Source: an uncultured Candidatus Rokubacteria bacterium (GTDB lineage: Bacteria > Methylomirabilota > Methylomirabilia > Rokubacteriales > DASRDR01). Taken from it: DNA of 64,000 bases. The stretch spans positions 2,048,001-2,112,000 of the forward strand of contig CAWDVE010000010.1 of the NCBI GenBank assembly GCA_963805625.1. Reading direction: 5' to 3'. Shown piece by piece: positions 39,701 through 50,950 of the stretch. A program made the position numbers and the translations under genes. Below the pieces are notes generated by a model. That model was not told the origin of the DNA. It did not search any database and saw only the letters and a list, made by a program, of their open reading frames with translations. The stretch's first letter is position 1; the number at the start of each line of letters is the position of its first letter.

Positions 39701-40891
39701 GATCTGCTGCTGCGCCGGGTGGCGTCGCTGCTCCCCCTCGGCCGGTTCCAGGAGGCCCATGATCGGCTGGTGGCGCCGGCGCTCCAGTCCGTCGCGCCGA
39801 CCGAGGCGGCGCTGGCGGGTCCCTATCACTACCTGCGGGCACGAGTCGCGAGCTTCCTCGGGGCGCACGACGAGGCAACGGAGAGCGCCGAGCGCGCGAT
39901 CGAGGCCGGCCGCCGCGCGGGAGACGTCCGCATGATGGGCAAGGCGCATGCGTTCCTCGCGCTGGACGCGGCGCTGGTCGGCCTGGGCCAGGCCGGCCTG
40001 GCGCACGGGCGCCAGGCGCTGGTGCTACTGGAGGGCACGGCGGAACAGGGGTGGCTCGGCGTGGCGCACTGGGCGATGGGGCTCGGGCAGGCGGCGACCG
40101 GCGAGTTTGCGCGGGCGCTCGACGCCGAGGCCCGAGCCCGGACGATCGCGACGGCCATCGGCGACCGTGCCCTCTTGGCCTCCGTTGCCTGGGCCACCGG
40201 CGCGATCCACGCTGCGGCCGGCGACGGGGCCGCGGCCATCCGTGCCTGCACGGAGAGCCTCGCGCAGGCGCCGGATCCCCTCCAGGCCGCCCTCGCCCGC
40301 GGCTGGCTGGGGTATGCCTACGTGGAACTCGGCGATCCCGCCGCGGCGATCCCGCTTCTGGAGCAGTCGACCCGGGAACTCGCGACGTTCCGGTTCGCAC
40401 GCCACGGCTGGTTCCGCGTGTTCCTGGCGGAGGCTTACCGGCAGAGCGGCCGGCTCTACGAGGCGTCGATGTCCGCGAAGGACGGACTGGCTGCCATGAC
40501 CGCGCCTCGGCTCGCGTACGGCACCGGCTGGGGACACAGGGTGCTCGGCCGCGTGGCGCAGGCCGAGCGCGCCTACGAGGCAGCTGAGGCGCATTTCCTG
40601 GCAGCGCATCGCACCTTTGATGCCATCGCGGCGCGGTACGAGCTGGCCCGAACCGAGCTGGACCTGGCCGCGCTCGCCGAGGCGCGCGGGGACCCTGGCC
40701 ACGCTGCGGCCTGTCGCGCCGCCGCGCAATCGCGACTCAACGACCTCGGGATCCGCCGGGATCCCGAGCTGGCCGACGCTCCGCTCGGGCAGCGCCCCCA
40801 GGATCTGACTGCGACTCGGCGTGAAGCGAGCCAAGCCGGTGACGCGGGCGCGAAACCGTTGCCGGGACCGCCGCAAGGCGAGACGCCGTGA
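36770..40891 (+). CDS. Sigma54 enhancer-binding AAA+ - Fis HTH - degenerate cyclase - second NTPase - TPR fusion (1373 aa)
   Basis: 'GETGTGKG', 'GAFTDA', 'FLDEV', 'WPGNVREL', 'WNISRAALALGVARNTL'; second Walker A 'GEPGAGKS', 'GNPFFLEE', 'FRHAL'. Confidence 0.93.
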   Translation: MDALTELVGDSPALVGVRTQVTRLLQRHRTTARLPPILIQGETGTGKGLLARLLHRESPRGSAPFVDVNCAAIPEALLEAEMFGYERGAFTDARQAKPGLFRAAHGGTIFLDEVALLPHGLQAKLLKAIEEQAVRRLGSTRTEPVDAWVLAATNTDLAAAVRQGGFRGDLYHRLAVVTFTLPPLRERAGDVLVLAEQFLARACADYRLPPKTLAADARAALLAYPWPGNVRELANVLERVALLSDTTTITGDMLGLKADSPTEGSVTGASPGGHRTLDAMVRDHLERVLEEHGWNISRAALALGVARNTLRARIAKHGLVLSSSPRHGPTRARGTAAPSGGPAASAMSGTAGSAPTAPANWESRRLAFLRAAMPMASDETGASLTYGAIDAVAGKVGAFAGQVIERSPEGLVAVFGLDLMEDPVGRAASAALAIGRLAERAGAGIRLGLHVGRCLVAAVRGRHEIDLDGKQSAWASLDGVLAGVGPGEVRASADTLPFLRGRFDLEAGGTADAAPAPVWVRGRASPDLRSRTPFVGREAELAFLKDRLAAARTGHGQMVGLVGEPGAGKSRLVAEFRAVVRREGLVYVEGACVPHGSAIPYLPMIDLLRGACGIGAGDAPDVMTEKVRTTLRLLRLDADETAAYLLPLLGLGEDPAPALAPDTVSPQARRGRTIAILREIALAASRRGSVVLVVEDIQWIDQTSEACLAALTDSLAGAPILALTTYRASYRPTWLERSYATQVALSALSTAQSSGLVRSLLPASAPDDVVRALVDRGDGNPFFLEELARAQRDDPSGQPTSVLPETVQEVLQLRIDRLPAGARRALLVAAVIGRRVPRWLLEAIWPGPDNLDSSLRTLVALEFLYERGGGEPAYAFRHALTHEVAYANPSASERQALHGVAAEALEERHRARLDPVLEHLARHYALSPRPDKAVHYLARFAEKAARTHAHTEAIGALDQALARVEELPEPERAPRRADLLLRRVASLLPLGRFQEAHDRLVAPALQSVAPTEAALAGPYHYLRARVASFLGAHDEATESAERAIEAGRRAGDVRMMGKAHAFLALDAALVGLGQAGLAHGRQALVLLEGTAEQGWLGVAHWAMGLGQAATGEFARALDAEARARTIATAIGDRALLASVAWATGAIHAAAGDGAAAIRACTESLAQAPDPLQAALARGWLGYAYVELGDPAAAIPLLEQSTRELATFRFARHGWFRVFLAEAYRQSGRLYEASMSAKDGLAAMTAPRLAYGTGWGHRVLGRVAQAERAYEAAEAHFLAAHRTFDAIAARYELARTELDLAALAEARGDPGHAAACRAAAQSRLNDLGIRRDPELADAPLGQRPQDLTATRREASQAGDAGAKPLPGPPQGETP

Positions 40892-42309
40892 GGCTCGGGC
40901 CGACGAGCGTCGCGGGCGTAGCGGTCCTGCTGCTGGCCGCGCTCGGCTACTGGACGCTGTCCGCGCCCGTCGAGGCGGCGCTCGTCTGGGTCGCCCTCCT
41001 GGTCCTCGTGGCCGTGCCCGCGCTGTACGTGGTGCGCGGTCGGCTTTCGGGGCCATCAGCGAGCTGGCGGCGGTGCGCGCACGACCTCGGTCTCGCGTTC
41101 GACGCCGAGCAGGAGCGGATCAGCGGCACCCTCCACGGGCTCGCCGTCACCGCGGGCCTGACCGAGGGCATCGAGGGTCGCACGTGGACACGCATCACCG
41201 TGGACGGCCGCGGCGCGATCCCGCCGGGCTTCGTGATCGGTGCCCGCGAACCGACGGCGCCGGACCGTTCGGTCGTGACCGGAGACGCCCGGTTCGACGC
41301 CGAGGTGAACGTGCAGGGGGATGAGGGGGTCGTCTTGGCCTGCCTCGACGCGCCGACGCGCGCCTGCATCCGTCGGGTCGTCGCCCTGGGTACCGAGCTC
41401 CGCGATGGTCGGCTGCTCCTCGAGACCCCCGGCGATATGCGCGGACGGGGCCAGCTCCGACAGAGCCTCCAGGACATGGCCCATGTCGGAGCGGCATTCG
41501 CCGGGGACCCCGAGCGCGTCTCAGAGCGACTGGGCTACAACGCTCGGACCGATCCGGTGCCCGCGGTGCGCCTGCGGAGTCTCGCCGTCCTTCAGCGGCG
41601 GGACCCGGGCGATTCCGTGCCGCGCGAGGCGAGCCGTGCCGCGCTGAGCGACGCGGATCCGGCCGTCCGGCTCGCCGCGGCCTCGTTCCTGGGGGACGAG
41701 GGCATGACGGTGCTCGCGGAGATGGTCGAGAACGGGCGTGTCGACGGGGGCCTCCGCGTCGAGGCGTTCGTGCTCCTGGTCGGTCGCCTGCCGACGAGCG
41801 ATGCCCTGGGGTGGCTAGAGCGGATGGCCGCGCTCCTCGAGGGTGTGGACCGAGCGGCAGCGGGACGTCTGGTGGAGGCGGTGGCCCGGCCCGTGGAGAC
41901 CACGGCCGAGACGGTGCTGCTGAAGGTCGCGTCACGCGGGGCGCGGCCGCTGCGGGTCGCCGCGGCCGATCTGCTCGGACGCGTGGGCAGCACCCAGGCT
42001 GTCCGGCCGCTCCTCGCGTGCGCGGACGCCGAGTCGGGCGAGCCCGCGGTGCGGGACGCCGCGCGCCGCGCGGTCGCCGGGATCCGGGCGCGGCTGGGCG
42101 CCGCCGAGGCAGGCCATGTCTCGCTCGCGGTCCACGCGGACGCCGCCGGGGGCGTGAGCGCCGCCGATCAACCGGGTGGCTTGAGCCTGGCCACGCCCGC
42201 GCCGATCGGGGTCGAGGCGCCGCCAGAGGACGGCCTCTCTGGAGCCGAAGAGGCCGACGACTGGGATTCGCCGGTTCGGAAGGCCGAGTCACGCCCGAGG
42301 GTGCCGTGA
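40888..42309 (+). CDS. Membrane-anchored HEAT-repeat protein
   Basis: Two N-terminal TM segments; 'DPVPAVRLRSL', 'DADPAVRLAAA', 'LRVAAADLLGRVG'; GTGA overlap with the activator stop. Confidence 0.82.
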   Translation: MRLGPTSVAGVAVLLLAALGYWTLSAPVEAALVWVALLVLVAVPALYVVRGRLSGPSASWRRCAHDLGLAFDAEQERISGTLHGLAVTAGLTEGIEGRTWTRITVDGRGAIPPGFVIGAREPTAPDRSVVTGDARFDAEVNVQGDEGVVLACLDAPTRACIRRVVALGTELRDGRLLLETPGDMRGRGQLRQSLQDMAHVGAAFAGDPERVSERLGYNARTDPVPAVRLRSLAVLQRRDPGDSVPREASRAALSDADPAVRLAAASFLGDEGMTVLAEMVENGRVDGGLRVEAFVLLVGRLPTSDALGWLERMAALLEGVDRAAAGRLVEAVARPVETTAETVLLKVASRGARPLRVAAADLLGRVGSTQAVRPLLACADAESGEPAVRDAARRAVAGIRARLGAAEAGHVSLAVHADAAGGVSAADQPGGLSLATPAPIGVEAPPEDGLSGAEEADDWDSPVRKAESRPRVP

Positions 42310-42379
42310 CCAGGACCCGGCTCCGGAGGCCGGAGCTGCACGAACTTGGCAGCACCATGCGCTCCCGCGGGAGGTCACC

Positions 42380-45300
42380 GTGGAGACCCTGATCCTGGTT
42401 CTCATTCTCCTGGGCATCGCCATGCTAGTCGGACATAAGACCTCAAGCCTCCGCCGCCAGTCCGGGACGGATCAGTCCGACCGTGAGGCGGAGCAGGCCG
42501 GGGGTGACGAGCGGGGCGTATTGACGCGGGATCTTTCGGAGCTGGAGACGGCGGAGCGTCAGCTCGTCCGCCTCCAGGACGCCGGGCTCCTTCCCGCGGA
42601 CATCGTGCAGCGCGTCCGCGCGGCCATCGAACAGCGCCGGCGTCAGCTCCGGGAGACGCCCTCCGACGAGGTGGCCGCTCGGCCGGCCCCCGCCGCCATG
42701 TCCTCGCCGCCGCCCGCTCCGGCCCCGAAGCCGCCTCCGCCACCACCCGTCTGGAAGCGGCTCGAGACCCTGCTCGCGGCGTGCGCGACCGAGCAGGCGG
42801 TGCGACGACTTTCCGAGCGAGACCAGCAGCGCGCTCTGAGCTGGCACGGCCTCTGCGGGTCCAACGAGCTGGCCATGTTGAGCCACCCGGCCCAGCTGGC
42901 GTTAGCCCGGCTCCTCAGCCAGTCGAATCAGGCCGAGAGGGCGCTGGCCGTCTACCGGCGCCTTCTCGCGGGTGGTGTCATGGACCCGGGGACCGCGGGC
43001 ATCGCGATGGAGGCTGGTCGTCTTGCAGCGAGCGAGGGGCGGAACACAGATGCGGTGGAGCTTCTCCGGCGGGCCTTGCGCGGCGATCCCATTCCTGACG
43101 TGCGTCGCGAGGCCGAGGCGCTCCTCTATACACTTGAGGGCCCCGCGCCCGCCCCGGCGCCACCCGCCCCGCCGCCGGCGCCCGCTCCGGCCGTCAGGGT
43201 GGGGCCGCCCGCCGAGAGCCCCGCATCGTCCGAGATCCCGACCGTGGCGCCGCCCGCTCGCGTGCCGGCGCAGCCCGCGTCCTCCCCGGTCGCGCGACCG
43301 CGTCCAGCCGTTCCGGCCCCGGTGGCTCCGAGTGTAGCGCGCCCGGCCCGGCCCCGCTTTACCCCGCCGCGTGTGCAGCGGCCGCAGCGGTCATTCCGGG
43401 AGCTCCTGGCGATGCTGATGGAAGAGCCCTACATCTTCTGGGGCGAGTTCGCCGCGGGCCTCCTCATCGTCGGGTTCGCGACCGGCCTGGCGATCAATGT
43501 CCGCAACACGCTGGGCGAGCACGTCCCGTACTTTCCGTTCGTGGTCCTGGCGGGCATCACCGCCTCGGCGTTCGGGCTGGGTCGGTTGAGCCTCGGACGC
43601 TGGGGTCTCGAGGCGACCGGGCACGGGCTCCTCGTGATCGGTCTCCTCCTGGTGCCGCTGAACTTCCTGGTGCTCACCGCGCTCTTCCCGAGCCGCTGGG
43701 GCGTCCCCGTGGACGCGGCCGCCGCCGCCGTCGCCATCGGCGTGCTCGGGTGGCTGTCCGCGCGCGCCGTGGGGCGGCTCGTGGCCGAGCGGTGGCCGGC
43801 GGTCACGCTCGCCCTCGTTGGCGGGTCGGCCGGCCAGCTCCCGGCACCGTGGCTCCTGGACGCCGACGCGTCGGTCTGGTGGTACTCCGTCGTCGGCGCG
43901 TTGCCGCTCGCCTGCTATCTGGCGGGGGCCGCTCGGTTCCTCCCCTCCTCGCTCCTCGGCGGTCCGAGCCGCGAACCGCTGGGGCCGGCGCGCGTGCGGA
44001 CGATCCTCGGGTTCCTGGCCGCGAGCGCCTTCGCGCTGGTCGTCGGGCTCGGATCGATCGTGGCGCGGGGCAACATCGCGCGGGCGATGGAAGGCGTGGC
44101 GCCGCTCGTCGCGCTCGCCGCGCTTCCACTGTTGCTCGGCGGCCTCGTCGTGCACCGGGGCCTGGCCGACTCGCGGGACCTCGCGGCGTGGCGAACCATC
44201 GGGACGGCCACGATGCTCTCGGCCATCGGGATGATGGTCATCGCCCTGGGCCTCGCCTGGCCCGCGCCCGCCTCGGTGGTCGCGACGGCAGCCGTGAACT
44301 TCACGGTGCTCACGCTCGTGGCCGTGCGCGGAGGCCTGCCGCTGGCACACGCCGCGGCCCTGCCCTGCGGGGCCTTGGCCTCTCTGATGGCCTGGCACTG
44401 GGTGCGCGGCCACCTCGCGGTCCCGCCCGAGGCGCTGGGCGGGGCAGTCCTGGGCGCGCTGGTGTCCGCCGAGAGCGGAACCGTCCTCTTCGGCTTGTTC
44501 CTGGTGATGAGCCTCGTCGCGGAACGGGGGTTCGGCGACCGCCATTCCGATGACCGCCGCTGGTACGACGGCGCCGCGCTGGCCGCCGCGCTCGCGAGCC
44601 TGCTGCTCGTCACCGTGCGAGGCGCAAGCGGTCCCGGACACGCGGCCCTCGTCTACGCGGGCACCGGGGCTCGCGTCCTCGACCTCGCCCGATCCTGGCG
44701 CCGCCGCGACGCCGGTCTCGCGGGCCTCGTCCTGCTCGGTGCGTCGACGCTCTGGGCGCTTCGATGGGGGACGGGGGCTCTCACGAGCTGGTGGGGCACA
44801 GCCGTCGCCGTGGAAGCGCTCCTGATGGGGTGGGCGGCGGTCGAGCTGAGCCGGCCCTCTGACGGCGAGCGGGGCGTGAGCACGTGGCGGCGTGCGCTGG
44901 CGGAGGTGTATGCGTCGCCGCTTCGCTGGTGCGCCTTCGGCTTGAGCGCTGTCGCGGCGGCGCTCGCTGTGGCGGCCGGCAGTGCCGCTTCCGACGGGGG
45001 GTGGTCCCTGGCGCATGTCGTCACCGGTGCCGCGCTGGTTGGCCTCTATATCCGGCTCGCGTTGGCGACCGTGGACCTCCTTGTTGCCCGCGTCGCGGGG
45101 GCGCTCGCCATCGGAACCGTCGTCGCCGCAGCGGGGTGGATCGCGGGCCTCGTGGGCGTCCCGGTCCAGGCCTCCGTGGCGCTGGGGGTCGCCGTGGCAG
45201 GACTGATCCTGCTCGGGGGGGCGCGGCTCGCCGGAGTTGAAGGGACAAGCCGCGGGTCGGCGGCGGCCCCAGTGATGCCGATCATGCCAACCATCGGGGA

Positions 45301-48300
45301 GACGGCGGAAGCCGCCTCGCTGCTTGCGTTGCTCCTCACCGTCTCGGCGCCCACGCTCGGGATCTCCTGGCTCCACCCGGCCACCGGCCTGGCGCTGACG
45401 GCGACCGCCTTCCTCCTCGCGCGGACGCGAGGGAGCCTGCTGACCGGCGCGGGCTCCGCGCTCGGGCTTGGCACGATCGTCCACGTGCTAGCGCTTCAGC
45501 TGGGGGACCGAGTCGTCCCCCAATCGTGGTGCGCCGCCTTGCTGACGCACGCGACGCTGTCCGTCGCCGCCGTCCTGGCGGTCCGGAGGACACGCGGCCC
45601 GGAGCATGAGGACGAGCTCGCCGCGCCCCTCCGCGCCGGGGCGGTGGTGACCTCGGCCCTCGCCGCGCTGCTGGCGTTCGGCGGCACCTGGAGCGCGACC
45701 GTCTACTTGCTGTGGCTCGCGGCGGTGTGGCTGGCCCTCGCGTGATGGAGTACTGGCCGTTGGCGTTCACCGGCTTTCAGGCCGCTCTGACGGCGGCCGT
45801 GTTCCGAGGGGTCGCTGCGTGGCTCGGAAGTCCGGTCGTGTTCGATCCGGTCGCGGACGTCCTCGCACCAGGCCGTTTCCCCGCCTACGTGATCGCGCTC
45901 GGGACGCTGAGTCTCGGGTGGGCCGCGCTGCGGATCCCGTTCGCACGCAGGGGGCGCATGCCCGGTCTCCTGGATCCCGGGTGGCCCCGTGTCGACCGGG
46001 TCGTGCTGGCGGCGCTGGTGGTCGGCCAGCTCGTGGTGGCGCTGGTTGCGGTCTCGGCGGGCGTGGACGCTGAGCTGATGCCTGGCGGGCGATCCGGCGT
46101 GGCACCCGGCGGGGCGGCCGGGGCGGCGCTCCTCGTCGTGACGCTCGCGCTCCTCGCCGCGCTCTGGGAACGATGGCGCGCCGCGGACGTGGCGGGGGCG
46201 CTGGTCCTCGGGCTGACGGGCGCCCTGCTCGCCGCCGGCCGTCACGCGCCGGATCTCGCGGCCGCGTCCGCGCTCCGCTGGAGCCTGGCGCTGTTCGTCC
46301 TGGCGGTCTCCGTTCTCGTGTGGCTGCGCGGGCCGCTCGGTCGGCTCGCGCACGGTGTGGGCGCGCGGATCGAGGAGGGCCATCCCGACCGCCTCGCCTG
46401 GCTCGCCCGGAGCTTCCTCCTGTGGGCCGGGGTCGTGCCGACGATTGCCCTCACGGCCTGGGCCGCGCTGTCGAGCGTCGCCGTCGGGCGCCCGGCGGGC
46501 CCGGCCCCGGGATCGTTCTTCGCCGCCATCGGGCCGACCGTGAGCGGTCTCGCCCCGCTCGCCGTGCTCGTGGTGGCCCTGGTCGGCCATGCGCTGCGGG
46601 AGCGTGCGCCGCGCTATGCGTTCGGGGCGGGGCTGGTCGCGAACCTGGCCGTCACCGGCGGCTACGCGCTGGACGTCACCCTCCGCGGTCAGGCGTTCGA
46701 CGCGGCGGTGTCGCTCTACCTCCTCCAGCTCGCCGCCGGGGTCGCCGCCACGTGGGCCTTGTTGTGGACGGGCGGGCGTGCCTGGCTGACGACCGACCGT
46801 GACGTGGCCGTCCCCACGCTCCTGGGTGTCCAGGTGGCGCTTCCGGTGATGATCCAGACCGCGGTCCTGGCGTGGACCGCTGCCCTCGCGGGGCTCCACC
46901 CTGCAGGGGCGTCGACGGTCACCTACCTCGGCAGCGTGTCGACGCCCACCGCGTGGGTCGTGCTCGGACTGACGATGGCCGCGACGGCCTGGTTCTGCCG
47001 GGTGACCAAAGAGCGCCACGCCATCGATCTCCTGTGTCTCGCCGGCCTCGGAGTCCCCGTCGTGGCCGCCGGCATGGCCGCGCCTCAGGGCGACTGGTGG
47101 GCCTTTCGAGTCCTGATGCTCGGGTGGGCGGGCTACACGCCGCTCGTGGCGGCTCTGACCTGGGCCGCCGCTGCCCGGAGCGCGCGCGCGGCAGAGACCG
47201 GGGAGCTGGCCCGGGTGGCCGAGACGTGGGTGCGCGTGGCAGGTGTGCTGGCGGGCGTGCTGGCTCTCCGCGCGACGCTGGACGGCGGGCAACACGCGTG
47301 GGCCGCCGTGGCGATCGTCATCGCGGGGTCGGGGAGCGCGCTGCTCGGCGTGTGGTGGCGGGCGCAGGGCTGGGCGTTCGCCGCGGCGCTGGCCGGCAAT
47401 CTGGCCGCGTCGCTGCTCGTGTGGCACGTCTTCGTCGGCCGGCCCCTGGGCTCGTGGTGGGTCGAGCTGGTGCAGGCCAACGTGGTCGCATGCTCGGGCC
47501 TTGCCCTAGTGTGGTTCAGCATCCGCGCCGTGCTGGCGCGCCGGGGAGCGCTGCGGCCGCTCCGGGGAGGACCCCTCGAGCTGCTCGTCGGGCTCGGTGT
47601 CGCGGGCCAAACCCTCCTCGTGGCATGGGCGGTCGTGCAACTCCTCGACGTCACCGGCATGCTGGGCGGACTGGGCCGCGCGGGGAGCCTGCTCGGCTGG
47701 GCGGCGTGGTCGATCTCCGTGGTCGCGGCACTCCGCTATGCGCGCGAGGCGCGCCGTGGCGACGCGGTCGCCGCCGCGGCTGCGATGGGGATCTCCCTCG
47801 GGGCGATGGTTGCGGCGACGGTAGCCCGGTTGGATCCCGCGGGGGACGCCGCCCACCACGTGGTCACCCTGCTGTGGACGGCGGTCGGCCTCCTGCTGCT
47901 GATGCCTGGCTGGCCCGCTCGCGTCGGTTCCCTCGTCGGCCTGCCGGCGCCCGTGCCTCCGAGCGAGCGGGCGGCGCTCCGTGCGGGCAGCGGGACGATC
48001 GCCGCGCTCCTGGTGGCACTCGCGTGGCGCGCCGCGGTGCAAGGGGGAGATAACGGGCTCTGGTCGGTGGCGGCCGCGGTTGCCGCGAGCGTGGTGGTGG
48101 GCGCGCTGGCGGTCCGCATTGGCTCGGTGATCGCGACCTACGTGTCCGGGCTGCTCCTCGCGCTCGCGGGAGCGCTCGCGTGGTGGGCACAGCCTCCTCT
48201 CACGCCGGCGGGGTTCATCTACGCTCAGGTCTTCTCGCTGAGCCTCGGCTCCAGCGTCTGGTCGGGTATCGCGGCGGCCCGCCGCGGGCGAAGGGACGCC

Positions 48301-50232
48301 ATGGACGATGGTACGCCCGCCGGCTTTCCGTCCGTCGCGGCGGTCGCCGCGCTGGGGATGCTTGCCATGGTGACCACCGCGGCCCTCGGCGCCGCCCTGA
48401 CCGTGTCACCGTCCCTCGCTGGCCAGAGTGCGCTGCTCGGCTGGACAGCTGTGGTGGCCGCGGGCATCGCGCTCGCCCTCGGCGCCTGGGAGCCCGGAGC
48501 GCGCGCGGTGCAGCTGGGCCTGTACGCGTGGGGGCTCGTCGCGATCGGTCTCGGGCTTTCGGCGCGTGCACCGGCGTCGTCGGCCACCGCGGGTTCCGGC
48601 GTCGTCGTGGCCGGACTCGGCGCGTCCCTGCCGGCCAGCTTCGCGGGTCCCCTCGTCCACGACGGAGTCCTGGCGCTGGCCGGCTACGTCCTGCTGGTGG
48701 CGGCCGCCTGGCGGCTTGCCCCGCGGTTCGGCTCCGCGCGTCGGGCGCTGGGACTCCCGGCCCCCGCCGAGGGGTGGGCCGAGACGTGGCAGCCTGCCGC
48801 TCAGAGAATCGTCGGCGGCGTGGCCGTCGTCCTGAGCGTATGGGTCGCCCTCATGCTGCCCCGAGGCGTCGACCGGCTCGCGGCGCCGCTGGCCGCGGCT
48901 GCGCTGGTCGGCGCCGCCGTCCTCGCAGCCGGCCGTTTGGCTGCCCCGGGGCGCGTGGGAGCCCAGGACCTGACGCTGGCGCTCGCGGTGCTGGCGCTGG
49001 CCGAGCTCGGATGGGCGGCGCTCGATCCGGCCGCGCGGACGGCGTGGCTCGATCGGGGGGCCGTGCTCGTCGGCGCTGTGTCGCTCGGCGCGCTGGCGTA
49101 TGGCCTGCTGGCCCGCGCCCCGAGGGACGCCGCCCTGGGCTGGGAGACCCGCGCGCGCCGCTTCGGTCCGCGCCTCGGCACCCTGGCCGTGGCGCTCGCG
49201 GCGGGCGTCGTGAGCCAGGAGATGATGGCGTTCACGCCCGGGACCGCGGCGGCCATGAGCCTGTCCGGGATCGCGGCGATGGCCGGTGGCTTGGCCGCGC
49301 TGGCCGTAGCGCTCATCTTGTTCGCGGTTGCCCACGGTCCCGACACCTTCGGGCTCGAAGGGCGGTCCCGCACCGTGTACGTGTACGCGGCCGAGGCCAT
49401 CGTCCTGATGACGTTCCTCCATATCCGGCTTGCGTTGCCCGAGCTCTTCGTCTCCGGCCTGATCGCCCGGCACTGGATGTGGGCCACCCTCGGGCTCGCC
49501 TACATCGCGACGGGGCTCGGCGAGATCGTGACGCGGCGCGGCTCGCGGATCGTCGGCGAGGCCCTGGATCGGACCGCGCTCGTGCTCCCGCTCCTGCCGG
49601 ACGTCGCGTTCTGGCTCTTGCCGGATCGGAACTACGTCGCCTACGCCGGGATCTGGCTGCTGCAGGCGGCCCTCTACGGCGGCCTCGCCGCGGCGCGCGA
49701 CTCGAGGGGCCTCGCGATGCTGGGCGCCTCCGCCGCGAACGTCGGCGTGTGGGTCATCCTCGGCCATCACGGGGTCGAGTTCCTGCGGCATCCGCAGATG
49801 TGGCTGATCCCCCTCGCCGTCAACGTCCTGCTGGCCGGCCATCTGAACCGCGACCGGCTGGGGCGGCCGCAGCGGGCAGCGCTCAACTATGCGGGTCTGA
49901 GCCTCTTGTACCTGTCGTCGGCCGCGGATCTGTTCATCACCGGCCTCGGCAACTCGACGGTCCTGCCGCTCGCGCTAGCTGCCTTGTCGATGCTGGGCAT
50001 CGTGGTGGGGATCGTCCTGCGCGTCCGCGCGTTCCTCTTCCAGGGCATGACGTTCCTTGCCTTCGTCGTGGTCACGATGATCGTGCACGCGGTCTGGGCT
50101 CGCGAGCAGCAGTGGCTCATGTGGGTGTCGGGCATCGGGCTCGGGGCGGCCGCCTTCACCGTGTTCGCGGTCTTCAGGAAGTACCGGGAGGAAGTGCTCC
50201 GGCTCTACGAGGAGGTCCAGAGCTGGAGCTGA
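42380..50232 (+). CDS. Giant polytopic membrane protein (about 2617 aa), split at 45743-45747 by a probable 1-nt deletion
   Basis: ORFs 42380..45745 and 45745..50232 are both runs of hydrophobic helices; adding one G turns GCG TGA TGG AG into GCG TGG ATG GAG (A-W-M-E). N-terminal TPR-like and Pro-rich segments. Confidence 0.75.
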
Positions 50233-50324
50233 CGCGGCGTGGCAGGCTGTACCGGGCGGAAGGCTGGCCCGGAGTGAGGGCGCGGGGGTTAGAACGCTCG
50301 GCCTAAGACGGAGGCAGCCCGACA

Positions 50325-50693
50325 ATGGTAGCCTCGGCCAACTTCATCGACGCGTTGTTCGACTTTTTGGACGAATTTTTCGACGAGCTCCGGGACTGGC
50401 AGAAGGCCACGCCACATTGGCAGCGTGCCGCGCGCCGCGCTGCTGCGCGGCTTGGGTTCCGCGTCTCGACAGACGGAGAGGCGATCAGCGGGGGGGTCAG
50501 AGGGTTTCAGGTGACGCTCCGTCGTGTAGGGAGCGTTGTCAACCGACCTGATGCGCATAGGCTCATCATCACAGTGGATGGCGGGGGCGCGATTCCCCGG
50601 GACCTCGCTCTCGGGACCGAAAGCGGGGATCCCGAGTTCTTCAGTGGGATGAGTGGCGTGCCCACGGACACCGACGGGGGTGCCGACACCTGA
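50325..50693 (+). pseudogene. Truncated paralogue of the HEAT proteins' N-terminal soluble domain
   Basis: 'AARLGF...ISGGVRGFQV...ITVDGGGAIPRDL' vs 'AHDLGLAF...ISGTLHGLAV...ITVDGRGAIPPGF' in 40888..42309; SD GGAGG. Confidence 0.65.
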
Positions 50694-50950
50694 TCTGGCG
50701 TCGGGCTGTCGGGCGTCACCCTGGAGCTGCAGCCGACGCCCGCCTGAGGGTTCGCACTGGAGCAAGCCTGACCGAGGCCTACCCGGGTGGCTCAGAGGAC
50801 GGGGCGGAGGCCCTCGGGAGAGTTCGCCAGTGCGGCGGCGGTTGGGGGGTAGAATCGGGCCCGGCTGGGATGGGGTGAGATTCCCGCGAGGCAGGGTCCG
50901 ACGGCGGCCAGGGGCCCGGAGGTGCACGGGCCCGGGCGGAGGGAGGCGCG

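Noticed and set aside
43140-43380. Pro/Ala-rich low-complexity DNA as a repeat element
   Set aside because: In-frame linker of the giant membrane protein, not an independent repeat
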